Of a stretch of 64,000 bases of DNA, positions 50,967 through 64,000 are shown in pieces. The DNA lies in the NCBI RefSeq assembly GCF_006345805.1, contig NC_043001.1:107136001-107200000 (forward strand). The letters run 5' to 3'. The notes beneath the pieces were generated by a model, which ran no database searches, was not told the DNA's origin, and saw nothing but the letters and a program-made list of their open reading frames with translations. Within the stretch, counting starts at the first letter, position 1. Each line of letters begins with the position of its first letter. Made by a program: the position numbers and the translations under genes. This DNA comes from Octopus sinensis (taxonomy: Eukaryota).

Positions 50967-53900
50967 ATGTTTCTTTATTAGCCACACAGGGCTGCACACA
51001 GATAGAACAAATTACAAGGTAGAGCTTTTCTTTTGAAGGTTTAAAAAAAATAAAATAAAAAAATAAAAAAATAAAAAAAAAAGGGGGGGGTCGATCAAAA
51101 GGGATCGTAAAAGGAGGGAAAGAGGACAAAAAAAGGGGGGGGGGTTAAAAAAAAAGGGGGAGAGGAAAAAAATTGATCAATAGGGATCGTTATCACAGAA
51201 ATGTCAATATGAAGTGTAAAGGGGAGGACAGGTGAGGTTTACCCGTGGAAAGAAAAGCCTACGGAAAAGACCACGGTAACCTCGGTCAATGAAGTCACAT
51301 GTTATATTTCTTTTTTTTTTTGCAAATAAGCAACTCTCTGTATTAATTTTTATGGTTCATAGAATCATAGTCAAGGTGGCTTCGTCATTCATACGTGCCA
51401 TCCTTGCTACATTCACCCATCTTTTTTTAAAACATTCACTAGACAAAACTTGCCTCTCTACTCTCACTTTTTTCTTCAAGTGATACTTGAAGAAGTTGAT
51501 GAGAGATTGACCAGAGAGGAAAGTGTTTGTCTCTAATCCTTTCAGACGCGTCCACCAGATACATTCTTTCGCCATAGCCACAAGTATGATAAAAATAGCT
51601 CTTCCTTCCCGTTTGAAGGAAGGAGGCGTGACGATATTAACGATAGACTCGGCTGATAAACCGACACGTCCCACACGTGACAGCAGTCGTTCGACATAAG
51701 CCCACAGGTGGGAAATTGCTGGACACTGCACGATTGCGTGCAGAGCGGTTTCGTCGCTCTGCCCGCATCTCGGGCAGGTCGACCCCGTGTTTCTCGAGCC
51801 ATGCCTATAGAGCTTATCCCGAACGGGTAGCGCTTCTCGGTAGCACCGCCAGGCCAGGGATCTCTGGAAGTTGTCCATAGGTCCCGGGCCGAAAGTCGTT
51901 TGAAACAGGCTGGTCAGGTATTCCTCGTCGACGCCCAGGTTTGCCCCGAGCTCGTCGTCGTACCTCCCCTCCACTAATCCCCTATAGAATGCTTTGGTTG
52001 TGTTGAAGTCACTCAAGGTCGACCCGGGACGGCAGAGTTGCTTGAGAGCAACGCGACACTCGCGGTGCCATTCGCCCTTCTTCGGCCTCTTTTTGATCCA
52101 CGACTGTAGTTCGGTCATGGAGACGAGTTGCGGGAATGCGTGCCTCACAAACGGCGACCACACCTGTTCACCGTCGTCTACATAGAGCCAGAGATGTCGC
52201 AGTCTCAGCGCGTGTCTGCGCATCATCAACCACGGCATGCCCAGCCCTCCTTTTAACGGGTGTTGACAGCAAATGGATCGCCTGACCATCGGGACGCATC
52301 CTTTCCACAAGAAGCGGAAGAGGATGCGTTCTAGTTTGGTGATGGTAGGGTCGGGACAAGGTATGACGGTCAGGCGGTAGTAGATGATGGACGCGATGTA
52401 CGCGTTCACCACCTCCGCCCGACCTTTTAGGGACAGTTTCCTCTCGGCCCATTGCTGGGCGAGAGTGACCACCCTACTCGTTATCTCGTTCCAGTTCTTC
52501 TCCATTTGGAGGTCCGGACCGAACCAGACCCCGAGCAACTCAACCGGGCCGTCTGTCCAGCGTCCCACGACGGAGGTACTGGTGGACGGCATGGGCTTGC
52601 TTCTCCAGGTGCCGAGCCGCAAGCCCACTGACTTTTCCCGGTTGATTTTTGCTCCTGTCACCGCTTCGTAGTCTTTCAGTGTCTCGCCGACCCGCTCGAT
52701 GTGCTCGTGGCTTGACACTATGACGGTGACGTCGTCCGCGTATGCAGACACGCTCGTCCCGCATCCTAATTCTCGCGGGATGCCCCTCAGAGTCGCCAGC
52801 TTCCGCAGTAGTGGCTCAAGAGTCAATACGTATAGAAGCGCCGAGAGGGGGCATCCCTGACGGACCGAACGTGCAATGTCGAAGGGTCTCGATAGATGTC
52901 CATTTACGCGAATTACCGAACGGATGCCCCTGTACAAGGCAGCTATCCAGCCGCGGAAGACGGGACCGAAACCAGCCGCTCTCAGGACTGCCTCCAAGTA
53001 TCGATGGTCTACCCTATCAAAGGCTTTCGATTGATCCAAGTTGATCAGGGCCCCACCCATGCCAGGTTCGTTAACTACCTTGTCTATGATGTAGCGCATC
53101 AGATGGAGGTTGTCATGGATGCTCCGGCCCGGCACGGCGCACGTTTGTGCGTTGTCGACCAGTTTCTCCATGACAAGCGCCAACCTCTTGGCTAACACCT
53201 TTGTCAAAATTTTCAGGTCTGCATTGAGCAGAGTGATTGGCCTAAAGTTATCTATAATGTTTCCCTTGTTTGGATCTTTCTTCAGCAGAGTTACAGCTCC
53301 TCGACTCACAAAACCGGGTATGCTCCCGTTTTGCTGCCAGTTGCAGTATACCGCTGCCAAGACGTCTCCAAACAAGTCTGGCATACAATAGTAAAATTCG
53401 TAGGGTAGACCATCCAAACCCTGTGATTTGTCCCTCGAGCATTCTGCCATCGCTTCCCGCACTTCCGCCGCCGTGATGGCACCTTCGCAGCACCCTGCCT
53501 TTCTTGTCGAGAGTCGTGGCAGGCTATGTAGGTAGGCACTGAAGTCTACCCTACGTTCTTGCCTCCACTCGTCCCGAACAGTCGGGCAAAATGCTGCTGA
53601 AAGGCCTCACACATTTTACTTGGCTCGAGCAATTCGCGCCCTGTTCATCTACCAGTGACCGAATGGTGGCTTTGTTGCCCTGTTGCGCCTCTGCCACCCG
53701 GGCCTCTCTCGCGGCTCCAACACCTTCGTTCCTTAGAGCACGCATCCTAGCTCTGACAGCACATCCTTCGTGTTTGGCGTTGAAGTGTTGGTCGAGGGCC
53801 AACCTCGCCGCCAAAACGTCGGATGCGATGCCGCTTCTAATTGCCTCTTCTAGCTTCTTAACTAGCTCACCCTCTACTCTATTTCTATCTATGGCTAGTG

Positions 53901-53989
53901 CTTTGCTGTACCTAATCGCTTCTGCTTTTACTGCTCTCTTGAGGGCAAACCACCATTTGTTGTTGATGATGGCTCCCGTCAAAGCCCTC

Positions 53990-53990
<1 letters not shown>
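50967..53990 (-). mobile_element. Young 5'-truncated Tx1/L1-clade LINE inserted in (TATC)n
   Basis: (GATA)n on both sides; AATAAA just before the 3' junction; GC content far above the flanks. Confidence 0.92.
51357..53982 (-). CDS. Tx1/L1-type ORF2 (RT + zf-RVT), 701-aa open segment; two 1-bp shifts near 53540-53640; endonuclease missing
   Basis: KSQGLDGLP, NFRPITLLNADLK, LDQSKAFDRV, SVRQGCPLS, AYADD, CPRCGQSDETALHAIVQC. Confidence 0.92.
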
Positions 53991-54025
<35 letters not shown>

Positions 54026-54590
54026 AAGTGAGAGAAAAAGAGAGTGATTATTCTTTTCAATTTGATGTGGACAACGCTTTGAAATTTCAGTATAACACAA
54101 ACTTCTTTTTTCCCTTTCTTCTTTTTTTCTATTCCCCCTCTTTCTTCCCCTCCCATTGTTTACCTATCAACATATTTGTAAATATACACATTTTCTCACA
54201 AAGGCCAGGTGAGCTTTCAAGATGTCAATTTTAAGACGTAGTATGAAACAGATAAAAGGACAGGGTGCGGTTATCACTGAAAAATAAAAGTGTTCGAAGT
54301 CCTATGAAAATGTATAGTCTTTTACACTTGTATAGTCAAATCCTATATTCTATGTAATTCCATGTTTTTCACGAACGAACATTAAATATTAGCTCAACAT
54401 TCCTAAATTAGGAAAATAAAACCAGAATATAAAACAAGAATTTCAGTTCGGTATTGTTTATAATTCAATCTATTCGCTATGTACATTTAATAAAAGGTCA
54501 TAAATGAGTTTTGTAATAATATGTTTAATATATATTTAGCTGGACGTCACTCCGTAGGATATAAATGTCTATTTATAGCTGTCGTAATGC

Positions 54591-54797
54591 TCTTTTTACT
54601 CTTTTACTTGTTTCAGTCATTTGACTGTGGCCATTCTGGAGCACCGCCTTTAATCGAGCAAATCGACCCCAGGACTTATTCTATCGGTCTCTTTTGCCGA
54701 ACTGCTAAGTTACGGGGACGTAAACACACCACCATCAGTTGTCAAGCGAATTTGAGAGGACAAACACAGACGCACAAACATATACGACGGGTTTCTT
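54591..54797 (-). mobile_element. tRNA-derived SINE 3' part
   Basis: Homology to 8624-9040. Confidence 0.8.
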
Positions 54798-54894
54798 CTT
54801 CTTCTTCTTCTTCTTCTTCTTCTTCTTCTTCTTCTTCTTCTTCTTCTTCTTCTTCTTCTTCTTCTTCTTCTTCTTCTTCTTCTTCTTCTTCATC

Positions 54895-55030
54895 TTACTG
54901 CAGAGTAATCGGAAATTACTCTGCAGTTAATAAACTACAGCAGTCAATTTCTACCCTTATTTAATTTTAAATAAAAAAAAATGTTCTCTAACCGGTAAAT
55001 TGACTGCTGTAGTTAATTAACTGCAGAGTA
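54895..55030. repeat. MITE-like 35-bp inverted repeat plus adjacent hairpin
   Basis: ttactctgcagttaataaactacagcagtcaattt ... aaattgactgctgtagttaattaactgcagagtaa. Confidence 0.7.
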
Positions 55031-55396
55031 AGTTCCGATCTCAGCGCGCCAAAGGGAAGGCATTTGAAAGATACACATAAAGATAATTTGTAGAACATTA
55101 TACATGCTGCATTTCGGTTGAGCGTTCTGTATCTAGTTCTGGAAATTGTGTTTTGTAAACGACAGACTATGCTGATGATCTTGCAGATGTTTGCCTGTCC
55201 ATATACGTAAATATTAACAAGTGAAACCAATAGTACATAGGTAATCGTTTTTTATTTCTTATATTTTCATTTGTCTTGCTTATTTTTACACTTTGGTTTT
55301 TTGCTGAGACTTTTCTTGAGAACACATTCTTCGTGGTAAATGTCTATATGTCTAGCATATAGGCTGTCCACTTTTAGTGGTCAGTCCTCTAAATTT

Positions 55397-55486
<90 letters not shown>

Positions 55487-56162
55487 GTGTACATACATAT
55501 ACATTGAGAAAAAATGTCGTCAGAATTTTGGAAAAAATATTTTTAGTTCATCATTATTAGCGCTTTCGTTCCTTTCTCGAACTTGTCAAATAATATTGTG
55601 TGAATGTACAAATAGCTTGTACATTTATATAAAACAGATGTTTTTTGGGGAGGTTTTGTTTAGAAGAAAACATTGTTTTTGTTTTTCTTCGGTGGGTTGA
55701 GGTTCCATGACAACGTAGATGAATAGATAGATAGAAATATAGGTAGGTAGATAAGCTGATAGATAGATAGAAGGATAGCTAGTCAGACAGATAGACAGAT
55801 AGAAAGCAAGAGAGATGGAGGAAAGGGGAATCCCCCTTCCTAGTCACCATTCATTCATCTATTTAGTTATTTAGTCCTTAACCATTGTATTGGAATAGGT
55901 TTAAGGATGGTGACCTCTTCAAAGAAAAAAGGCAACAAAAATGAGGTGCGGTTTGATCATAACTGAAAGTCATTTTGCTTTCTTCCTCTCTTCTCCTTTC
56001 CCCCATTTCTTTCTTTTTCTCCTCCTCGAGTTATATTTAGAATACAATGTGTACTGACATCCCTTCCAAACATTCAATTTTGGAGGGAAGTTAATGTAGT
56101 TCTGCATGAACAAAAATTAGTATATTTGCAAATAAACAATTTAATAAATAGATATATTATCT

Positions 56163-56520
56163 ATAGTTATCGCCATATTAGTATGGCGATAACTATTAAT
56201 ACCCAGTAACGCTGCCGTAATCTCCTTTAGAGAGACTTAGTAATTTTAATATTTCTATTATTGAAAACAAGTCGATGTATTCCACTGTAACTAGGTAAAT
56301 GGTTCTGGCTACGCTGCATTGATAAAGGGCAACAACCCTGAAACATGTCTGCAGATGTCTGACTAGCAAGGTGAAGCGGCTGACCTCCCTTGTTCGAAGG
56401 TTGTAATGGACGCAGGTTCGTGTGTCAAATAGCTAGCTAGAGGCGATGGCCTCTTGGAGCTAATCAGCGACAGCTTTAGTCTTATTTATAGACTGCCATA
56501 TTAGTATGGCGATAACAATT
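56163..56520 (+). mobile_element. Non-autonomous element with 21-bp terminal direct repeat, 5' foldback and internal HHR
   Basis: ccatattagtatggcgataac at both ends; 5' palindrome tagttatcgccat..atggcgataacta. Confidence 0.75.
56314..56354 (+). ncRNA. Type I hammerhead motif with U3/A8 core
   Basis: CTGCA TTGATAA AGGG CAACAA CCCT GAAAC AT GTC TGCAG. Confidence 0.78.
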
Positions 56521-58133
56521 GATACTAAATAAGTCCTCCTTGAGAAGACTTTAGATGAAATGTCGATGGAAGTGACAAGTGAAGAAAATGATGTAGAAAT
56601 TCTGAAATAAGAGAATCTGAGCCATTTGTTATAAGAAAAGGTCCTTATGTTGAAAAGGGTTCGCTGAGGAATCGTTCCAATGCAAACACTGTAAGAGATA
56701 GCCCATCCAGTTTCTGCCGAGAAAAGTTTAACGAAAGGAAAAGGCGTAGAAATGCTAAAGATACAAATAATAATGGTGTGTAATTTTTGCAGAAAAAGAA
56801 AATATATAATTCAGCATAGAACAAGAAGAAATTGAAATAAAAGAAAAATAATTCTGGTTAGAAGGAGAAGAAATGAAAACAAAAACAAAAAAAAAAAACA
56901 AAAAAAAAACAAGGATGTTGTGTTGAAAGAGAAAAAATAATTCTGTGTGGAACAAGAAAAAATTTATATAAAAAAAGTAATTCTGATTAGAAGTAAAAAT
57001 AATAAAAAAAATGTGAGGTGTTGTGGCGGACGCCCCCAGGTGCAAAGTGGGCTGGTTCACTACTAAGAAATAATGGATTTACACAGTTAGCGAGGTACCA
57101 ATCCTGCAGAAAGAAAGAAGTACGTCGTCATTGTGTGGGACATAACAGTAAATATACATTTGTGTGTGTACAATGATAGTCACTCACATGCGCGGTGGGA
57201 CGTATGCGATCCACTTACACTGACATTTTCTGGCCTTATTTACGTCAGCAAGTACAAACAGAATGTGTAATAATATACATTACGACAGCTATAAATAGAC
57301 ACGAAATTATGGCCAAAGATAAACGATTAACCAAGAGATTAAGGTAAAACAAAATCAACCAACTAGAACAATATGAAACCAAGCGGATCGATAAGATTGC
57401 CCGTAATTGATTGCTGAACCAGCAAGAAACAACAGTTAAATATCCCTCTAACAACAACACCATCAACGCATTAAAACAGGAAGTACATAATATAGGCCTC
57501 GAAACATTGGGTATAAAGCAGGTTGGTCACAACTGGAATGCCTTTGACTACAGGTCTGCTCATTTAGCGTTAACTTAACGAAACGAATATCAAAAGCTAA
57601 ACTCTCAACCTGATCTTGTTAAATAGATATTAAGGTTTACACGGGTTGATCTTGATAGATTCAGTTTCATCTCGAAACCATTGTTAGCAGATTATCTTAA
57701 GAAATGCCTTTTGTATACAACTCGGAAAATGATTTTTATTGTACAGATCCACTGCCTGGATGCTAACAAAGTATCTCCAAGCAAGGCTTAATAGCGCTTA
57801 CGCACGCATATAATGGGCCTTTCTAAATATCTGGTTAAAATCAGCCACCAAAGTAAGAACGGTTGTATTACAATCTTTAAAAATCGTTGGAAAAAGGCCC
57901 ATGCTCGTGGGACATTGATGGAGACCTAAGGAAGAATTCATTTGAGATAAACTCCTGTGGATACCATCGATGACCAAATACTGTTTGGACATATTGCCCA
58001 GCTGATCTCTAAAGCGTAATGTGGAAGTTTAATGGGGTGTGGCGGTTAGGGTTAGGTGTTCGAGTCAGATAAATTTAAGCAAATTTGCCTTAAAGACCAT
58101 GATGACTATATATATATACACACACACACACAC

Positions 58134-58237
<104 letters not shown>

Positions 58238-58242
58238 TATTA

Positions 58243-58273
<31 letters not shown>

Positions 58274-58274
<1 letters not shown>

Positions 58275-58642
58275 TATGTTTGACTTTTGCTTTGTATTTG
58301 TACAAGTTGGCTCCAAGTCTCACCCAGAGACGTCAAGAGACAACAAGTTGGAAGTTCATGTTGGTGTTATGCCTAGGGTGGCATATATTTGGTTTTGTAC
58401 TTAGTGTTGTACTAGTGAATGTTTAAGAAACCATAAGAAAAGTATGTTTGTTTTAAAACTTGAGATTACATAGAAAGTATTTTGCGTAGGGTATGAGCAA
58501 TTCCCATGAGCACTAGCTTTTGAATTTCTGCCATTTTTGGGGGATATACTGGTATCTGAGCTAGGTAGCAATCAGCCCCTTTTGCTTTCATTCCCGGGGC
58601 ACCTGTGACAACAGGTATTGTTTTAGTCTTCATGTTCCGCAT
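58274..58642 (-). mobile_element. R4/Dong 3' fragment (diverged subfamily) in (AAT)n
   Basis: Homologous to 29420-29770. Confidence 0.85.
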
Positions 58643-58647
58643 TTTGC

Positions 58648-58734
<87 letters not shown>

Positions 58735-58759
58735 CATCATTATTATTATTATTATTTAA

Positions 58760-60290
58760 AAGTCACAATACATGTATTAAAGCGCCACTAATAGTTTCAT
58801 ATGTTGAGAGAATTCCAACATATTCTTCAGGCGCAAACCACATTTCATACCGAACTAAAAAATTGAATAAATAGAAGAAACGGGATGAAGCTGAGAAAGC
58901 AGTATATAGAAAACGCAGACAGTAAACAACGGAAAGCGAAAAGCGGAAAAAGAAACTAAAGTGTCAAAAGGTAAAAGGTGCTATCCCCCTGAGGCCTTAA
59001 ATGCTAAGTCTGGAAAGATAAAAGATACTATGATATCTATGAAGAAGTTAAATTCCTCGCATATTTATGATAGATTAGAATGCTTAGCTAAGAGAGAGGC
59101 GTTCATTACTTTAAAAGACCATTATCCACATTTTCATAATAATCCTTCCGGTGGATTGTTAAACCCAGCGAGATCTGAAATTGGGCTAGTAGTTAAAAAA
59201 TACTTAGGAGTATTAATATTAGAATTAAGGAAATTACTGGGCTTCAACAATAGAACAACAGTTTTACTGTAATAGATTGGTTTAAGAATATCAAGAATAA
59301 GAATAAGGCTAAATTTACCCAGTTTGATATCATAGACTTTTATCCCTCTGTATCTAGATCGCTACTTGATAAAGCTATTGAACTTACTAATTCATATGTT
59401 GAAATTGACCCTATAGATCTAGATTTTATCAGGCATGCGAGAACACTTTTGTTCACTAAAGGTTTAGCATGAGTAAAAATGTCGCATAGTGATGAACTAT
59501 TTGATGCATCTATGGGGTCATGTGATAGTGCTGATGTCTGTGATCTTGTGGGTATATTAAACACATTGAGATATAGATACCCAGCTCATGACATTGGCCT
59601 ATACCGTGACGACGGTTTAGGTATTTCCCTTGGGTGTAATGGTTACACCCTTGATAGATTTAGGAAGGAATTAATTTCAACATTTAATCTATTAGGACTT
59701 ATAATAACCGTAGCTATTAATCTCTGTATAGTTCATTACTTAGATGGTTCCCTAGATTTAAACTCCTCGTATAAACCTTTCCATAAGCCTAATGAGAAAC
59801 TCACATATATACATAAACAATCTTGTTACCTTCCTGTAGTATTTAAAAACCTGATAGCTAATATCAGTAACAGAGTGTCTAACCTCTCCTCTTCCAAAGA
59901 AATTTTCGACGAAGCTGCTCCCTAATATAAAAAGACCTTAACCAAGAGTGATTTCAAATATAAATTGAAATATAAACCCTCTATTAATCAAAATATATAC
60001 TTAGCAGATCTAGTGGTATCAAAGATAAAGTAGCACCTAACCATTCTAGTATTAATCAGGATAATAAGTAACCAAAAAAATAGGACAACGAAAATTATTT
60101 GGTTCGCCCCTCTCTTTTCCCTTAGTATCAAAACTAACATTGGTAAAAGATTCCTGTCACTCCTAGACAAACACTCTCCAGCTACTTACAGATACAGGAA
60201 AATATTCAATAGGCGGTCTGTGAAATTATCATATAGCTTCCGCCGTTTAATACTATATATTAACAATATTAAATCTCTGAGCGACAAGTA
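58760..60290 (+). pseudogene. Decayed Penelope-like element RT region
   Basis: [19 protein letters not shown]; FTQFDIIDFYPS; DASMGSCDSADVCDL..LYRDDGLG; IWFAPLFS. Confidence 0.88.
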
Positions 60291-60523
60291 AATGGGAGCA
60301 GTACGGAATCGTAAAATATAATTGCCAGCTAGATGTGGCGGTCCCATATGGGACGACGCTACTCTTGTTTTTAGCCCCAGGAGAACATCTCCTCCGGCTG
60401 GCTAACAACACACTGTCTGTGTCCGATTAGTATTTGCGAAGGGAAAGTACCGTTCCCATCTCTACTGAAGGGAAATCCTTGTTCCCATCTCTATTTGGTA
60501 GCATTTTTCCTTCGCTTTTTGGG

Positions 60524-60574
<51 letters not shown>

Positions 60575-61059
60575 TTTTGGGGTTTGGTTTGCAAGATTCT
60601 TTATATGAGTTCGTGTGTTGAAGCATATTCTGTTGTGTCTGGGGAGAGTCATTCTCTTTTAGTGCCTTATTATTTAACACACTCATTAATTAACTAATTT
60701 ATATTTTATTCTAGTTTTATATTTAATTTTATTTTAATTGTATTTTTAAATACTTATGCGGGTGCGTGCAGGATAAACCTTTTTCACGTTTACTGTTGAG
60801 AAGCTTATGCGTAGAAGTTAAAATTTGGAAGATTTCACCAATACATAGATTACAGCGTTTATCATCTATTTTATAAGATTTTGCATGGCTGATTATTTCC
60901 CACTTTAGATTATATTCCTCTTTTTTTTTTGTCTTTTAACTCCCATATTAATTTTCTTAGACTGGTGCTGGTTAAATTATTTCTGTTTCTAAATACGTTT
61001 TCAATGATAGCTTTGATATTACAATGGGATCAGCTAACTCAGCACAAGTCACTAATTTA

Positions 61060-61530
61060 GTGGGTTTATATATTTCATTCAACTTAAGTAGGGAATTTCC
61101 TGAACTTGGTGTGGGGGTTGAGTCTGTATAGTGATGGTGCACTTTTTACGCTTAGAAACCTCTCTAATAAAAAACTGGAATTATATAAGAAGAAATTTTA
61201 TAAATTCTTCAAAAATATATGACTGTCCATAACTATCGAAAATGAGCATAATTCGGTCAACGTCTTAGATGTTAACCTTAACATTATCACTGAGAAGCAT
61301 AAACCCTACAATAAACCTAACACTTACCTAAGACATATAAACTTTGAAAGTAATCATCCAAAATCTGTCACAAATATTTTGGTCGGGAATATTTGAAAAA
61401 GAATTTCATATCTTTCATCAAATGAAAAAATTTTCAACAATATAGATTATTATAACTTAGCACTTAGTGAAGCAGGATATAAACAAAAGTTAAAATATTA
61501 TGATCAAAAAGAAAATTGCAGTAATATGAA
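61060..61530 (+). pseudogene. Third PLE RT/thumb fragment
   Basis: LYSDGA..NVLDVNLNI..HKPYNKPN..HINFESNHPKS..RISYLSSNEKIF. Confidence 0.75.
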
Positions 61531-61633
61531 TAATTTAGGTAAGACGGCAAGTAACCAAAAATTTGGTTGAAATAAATAAAATATTTGAGATTTGTATGTT
61601 TTGTTTTATGTATGTATTTTCATGCATATAACT

Positions 61634-61690
61634 ATATCTGACATGCTCATATCTGACATGCTCATATCTGACATGCTCATATCTGACATA
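61634..61690. repeat. 15-bp minisatellite (atatctgacatgctc) x ~3.7
   Basis: Direct reading. Confidence 0.9.
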
Positions 61691-61699
61691 TTCATATAT

Positions 61700-63700
61700 A
61701 TTTAAGTGATAAACTTCTGGAAAGTTTTACAGACTTTTGTAGTTCCAGTGATGGATTGGATCAGTAGTCTTCGAATTAGTTTTCTCCTTTCTGGTTTAGA
61801 GAAGCCTAATTCCTCAAGATTGGTATTTAGACAGTGTGTTACATATCCCAAGTTCCCAATAATTACAGGTATAAACCTGAACTTGCAATCTGGATAGAGT
61901 AGCTGCAGATTTCTCTTTTCACTGTTCTTCAGCTTTATGTTAACATCCTCTGGGCAGCTAATTTCCACAACTGTGCACAGTTTCTCTTCTCTATCCCAAA
62001 TCCTTATATCAGGTCTATTGTGCTTACATTTTATTGAAGCTTTCACTAGGACATTCCACAGTAATCCATACTGCGAGTTCTTATTTCTTTGTCCTCGAGA
62101 TTATCCATACGACGTATTTCATTATATAGTGTCCTAGCTACAACATCATGACTCATCGGTAGATAATACCGAGATGACATTTTCGGACGACTGCTTATGA
62201 TGTGGGTGATATCTTCGGTCTTAACTCTAGAAAGTCTGCATCGGTTGTCACATTTTACTGCTTTTCCTGCGTCTCTATCCCTTTTGTGCATCAGGTATTT
62301 GGTTGATATTTTCTGTTCCTGGATTGCAAACACATACCCTTCAAAGTGGGAGGTAGTAATTCGGCTATTAGTCCATGATAGACTGCTTTGATGATCAATG
62401 TTACTATCATCTCGGAGCTTTCTACTAATATATATATGCACGGTCTTCTGCTGATATACGCTCACCCTTTCATCTGATGATATATTTCGGTAGAGTCGTG
62501 TGACGTCTTTGGGCATGTATTTAAGTCTATCAGATAAGGAATGTTTCTCAAAGAGCTGCTTTCTAAGTCTCATGGTTTTATCAGCCTCATATATGTAAAC
62601 TTCGTCAAGGGACACACTTCGACACTTGATGGTTAAAAGATGTTGCCGAAGGGATATGATACGACATTCAAAGGCCGTCTGGACTGATGTTAAACCTCTG
62701 CCACTTTGTTTTCATTTCAGGTAAAGACGCTACTGTTGATGTGGAAGTTACGTGTGCTGGTTAGAAAATTCCGGGTTTTCACACCAGTGACTCGGATCTC
62801 ATCAAGCGTCCAATCAAGCAGCCCAACTGTTGGTATGAGTACTGGCACTGCAAAGAAATTTTGTTGAATGCAGAGAGTTTCGAGGTCTAAATTTTCTTTA
62901 TTCTACTGTAATATTCTTTAGTGTTACGTTGCAGGTTCCATTGTAAGACATGTTTTCATCCACCCCTAGACGCCTGTAACATTCATCATCAAATATAGGG
63001 GATGTTGCTAGGGTGGTTTACAGTTTTTCCCTTTTCATAATCATATAGCAACAATTTTCCTGACCAAATTCCAACCCTACATTCTTTGAGAATGTTTTAA
63101 CCAGGTCAGAGCTCTTTTTCATCTCGTGCATATTCTTTGCATAAAGATTCAAGCCAACCACACAAAACAAGTATGCTATTTTGGTATTTCTGTTTCCTTG
63201 GGAACCAGTGAGATATCCTTCAGACTTCCATAACATGAACGACAATGGATTTACAGAAAGTATAAACAACATCACAGAGCGGTTGTCTCCTTGGAATAAA
63301 CCTCTGCGAAACTCTACTCTGCCAGTGATAATACAATCACATTTTGCATTTAACTTCAAGATGGTGGCCCACGATGAAGTCAGGTCACCTATGACATTGA
63401 CCATGTTCACTGGAACTTTAGAAAATTGAAAGGCTTCTAGCATCCGTGAGTGAGGAACAGAATCAAAGGCTTTCTTGTAGTCTAGCCACATTGAAACTAG
63501 ATTCCTCCTATGCTCTCGCACGTCCGGCATTACAGTTTTGCTTAACAGTTGCTCGGCACATTCCTAGAATCCGTTCATCCCAGCCGCTTGTTCTCCTGTG
63601 ATGATGTTATTACTTTCACAACGGTGTTGGAGGAAGAGGTTTAAGCATGCTGTTTATATTGTATACGTTAAGCTCTGGCATGCTATCGGCCGGTAGTGTA
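61700..63700 (-). pseudogene. Decayed R4/Dong-like LINE (RT + RLE), third family
   Basis: [48 protein letters not shown]. Confidence 0.88.
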
Positions 63701-64000
63701 TTTGCCTTCAACATAAAGAGACGAATTCAAAACAAATAGACCAGTATACAGGAACTGGTTGTTAAGATATGTGTGAATGTATGTATGTACATATATATAT
63801 ATATATATATATGGAGAGAGAGAGAGAGAGAGGGAGAGAGAGAGGGAGAGAGAGAGAGGTGTGGAAGGAGAGAATAATGGAAGTAAATAAATGAAACCAC
63901 TTGGGCTAGATATACAAGCAAATATACACGCAAATAGAGAGAAACAAAGACTGAAAATATCCAGATGAGCATTTCATGAATATTCATGAATATTCATGAA

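Noticed and set aside
60330-60460. Possible HDV-like ribozyme (ccggctggctaac..gcgaaggg)
   Set aside because: I could not build P1/P3/L3 of the double pseudoknot by hand; needs a descriptor search

Overview
AT-rich, microsatellite-dense eukaryotic DNA made almost entirely of transposable elements and their relics. The repeat repertoire suggests an octopus-type cephalopod genome (inference). I could not support any host exon, rRNA, true tRNA or CRISPR array, and most listed ORFs are microsatellite artefacts. Main elements: a near-intact Penelope-like element (RT + C-terminal GIY-YIG) in a tandem/inverted pseudo-LTR arrangement (13.2-17.7 kb); a mariner (19.9-21.1 kb); a full-length R4/Dong-type RT-RLE LINE in (AAT)n (29.4-34.0 kb); a young 5'-truncated Tx1/L1-type LINE in (TATC)n (51.0-54.0 kb); decayed Tx1, CR1-like, RTE, Ty3/Gypsy, R4 and PLE copies; non-autonomous Helitrons/Helentron; and several tRNA-derived SINE families. 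The most notable signal, found by hand-folding, is a dense set of about 16 hammerhead-ribozyme (HHR) motifs from about 8 repeat families. These include canonical cores, a U3/A8 compensatory core, a recurrent C4 (CCGANGA) core, a perfect palindrome carrying two back-to-back HHRs, and a tRNA-headed SINE-like element with a 3' HHR. All folds and identities are by eye and need computational and biochemical confirmation.
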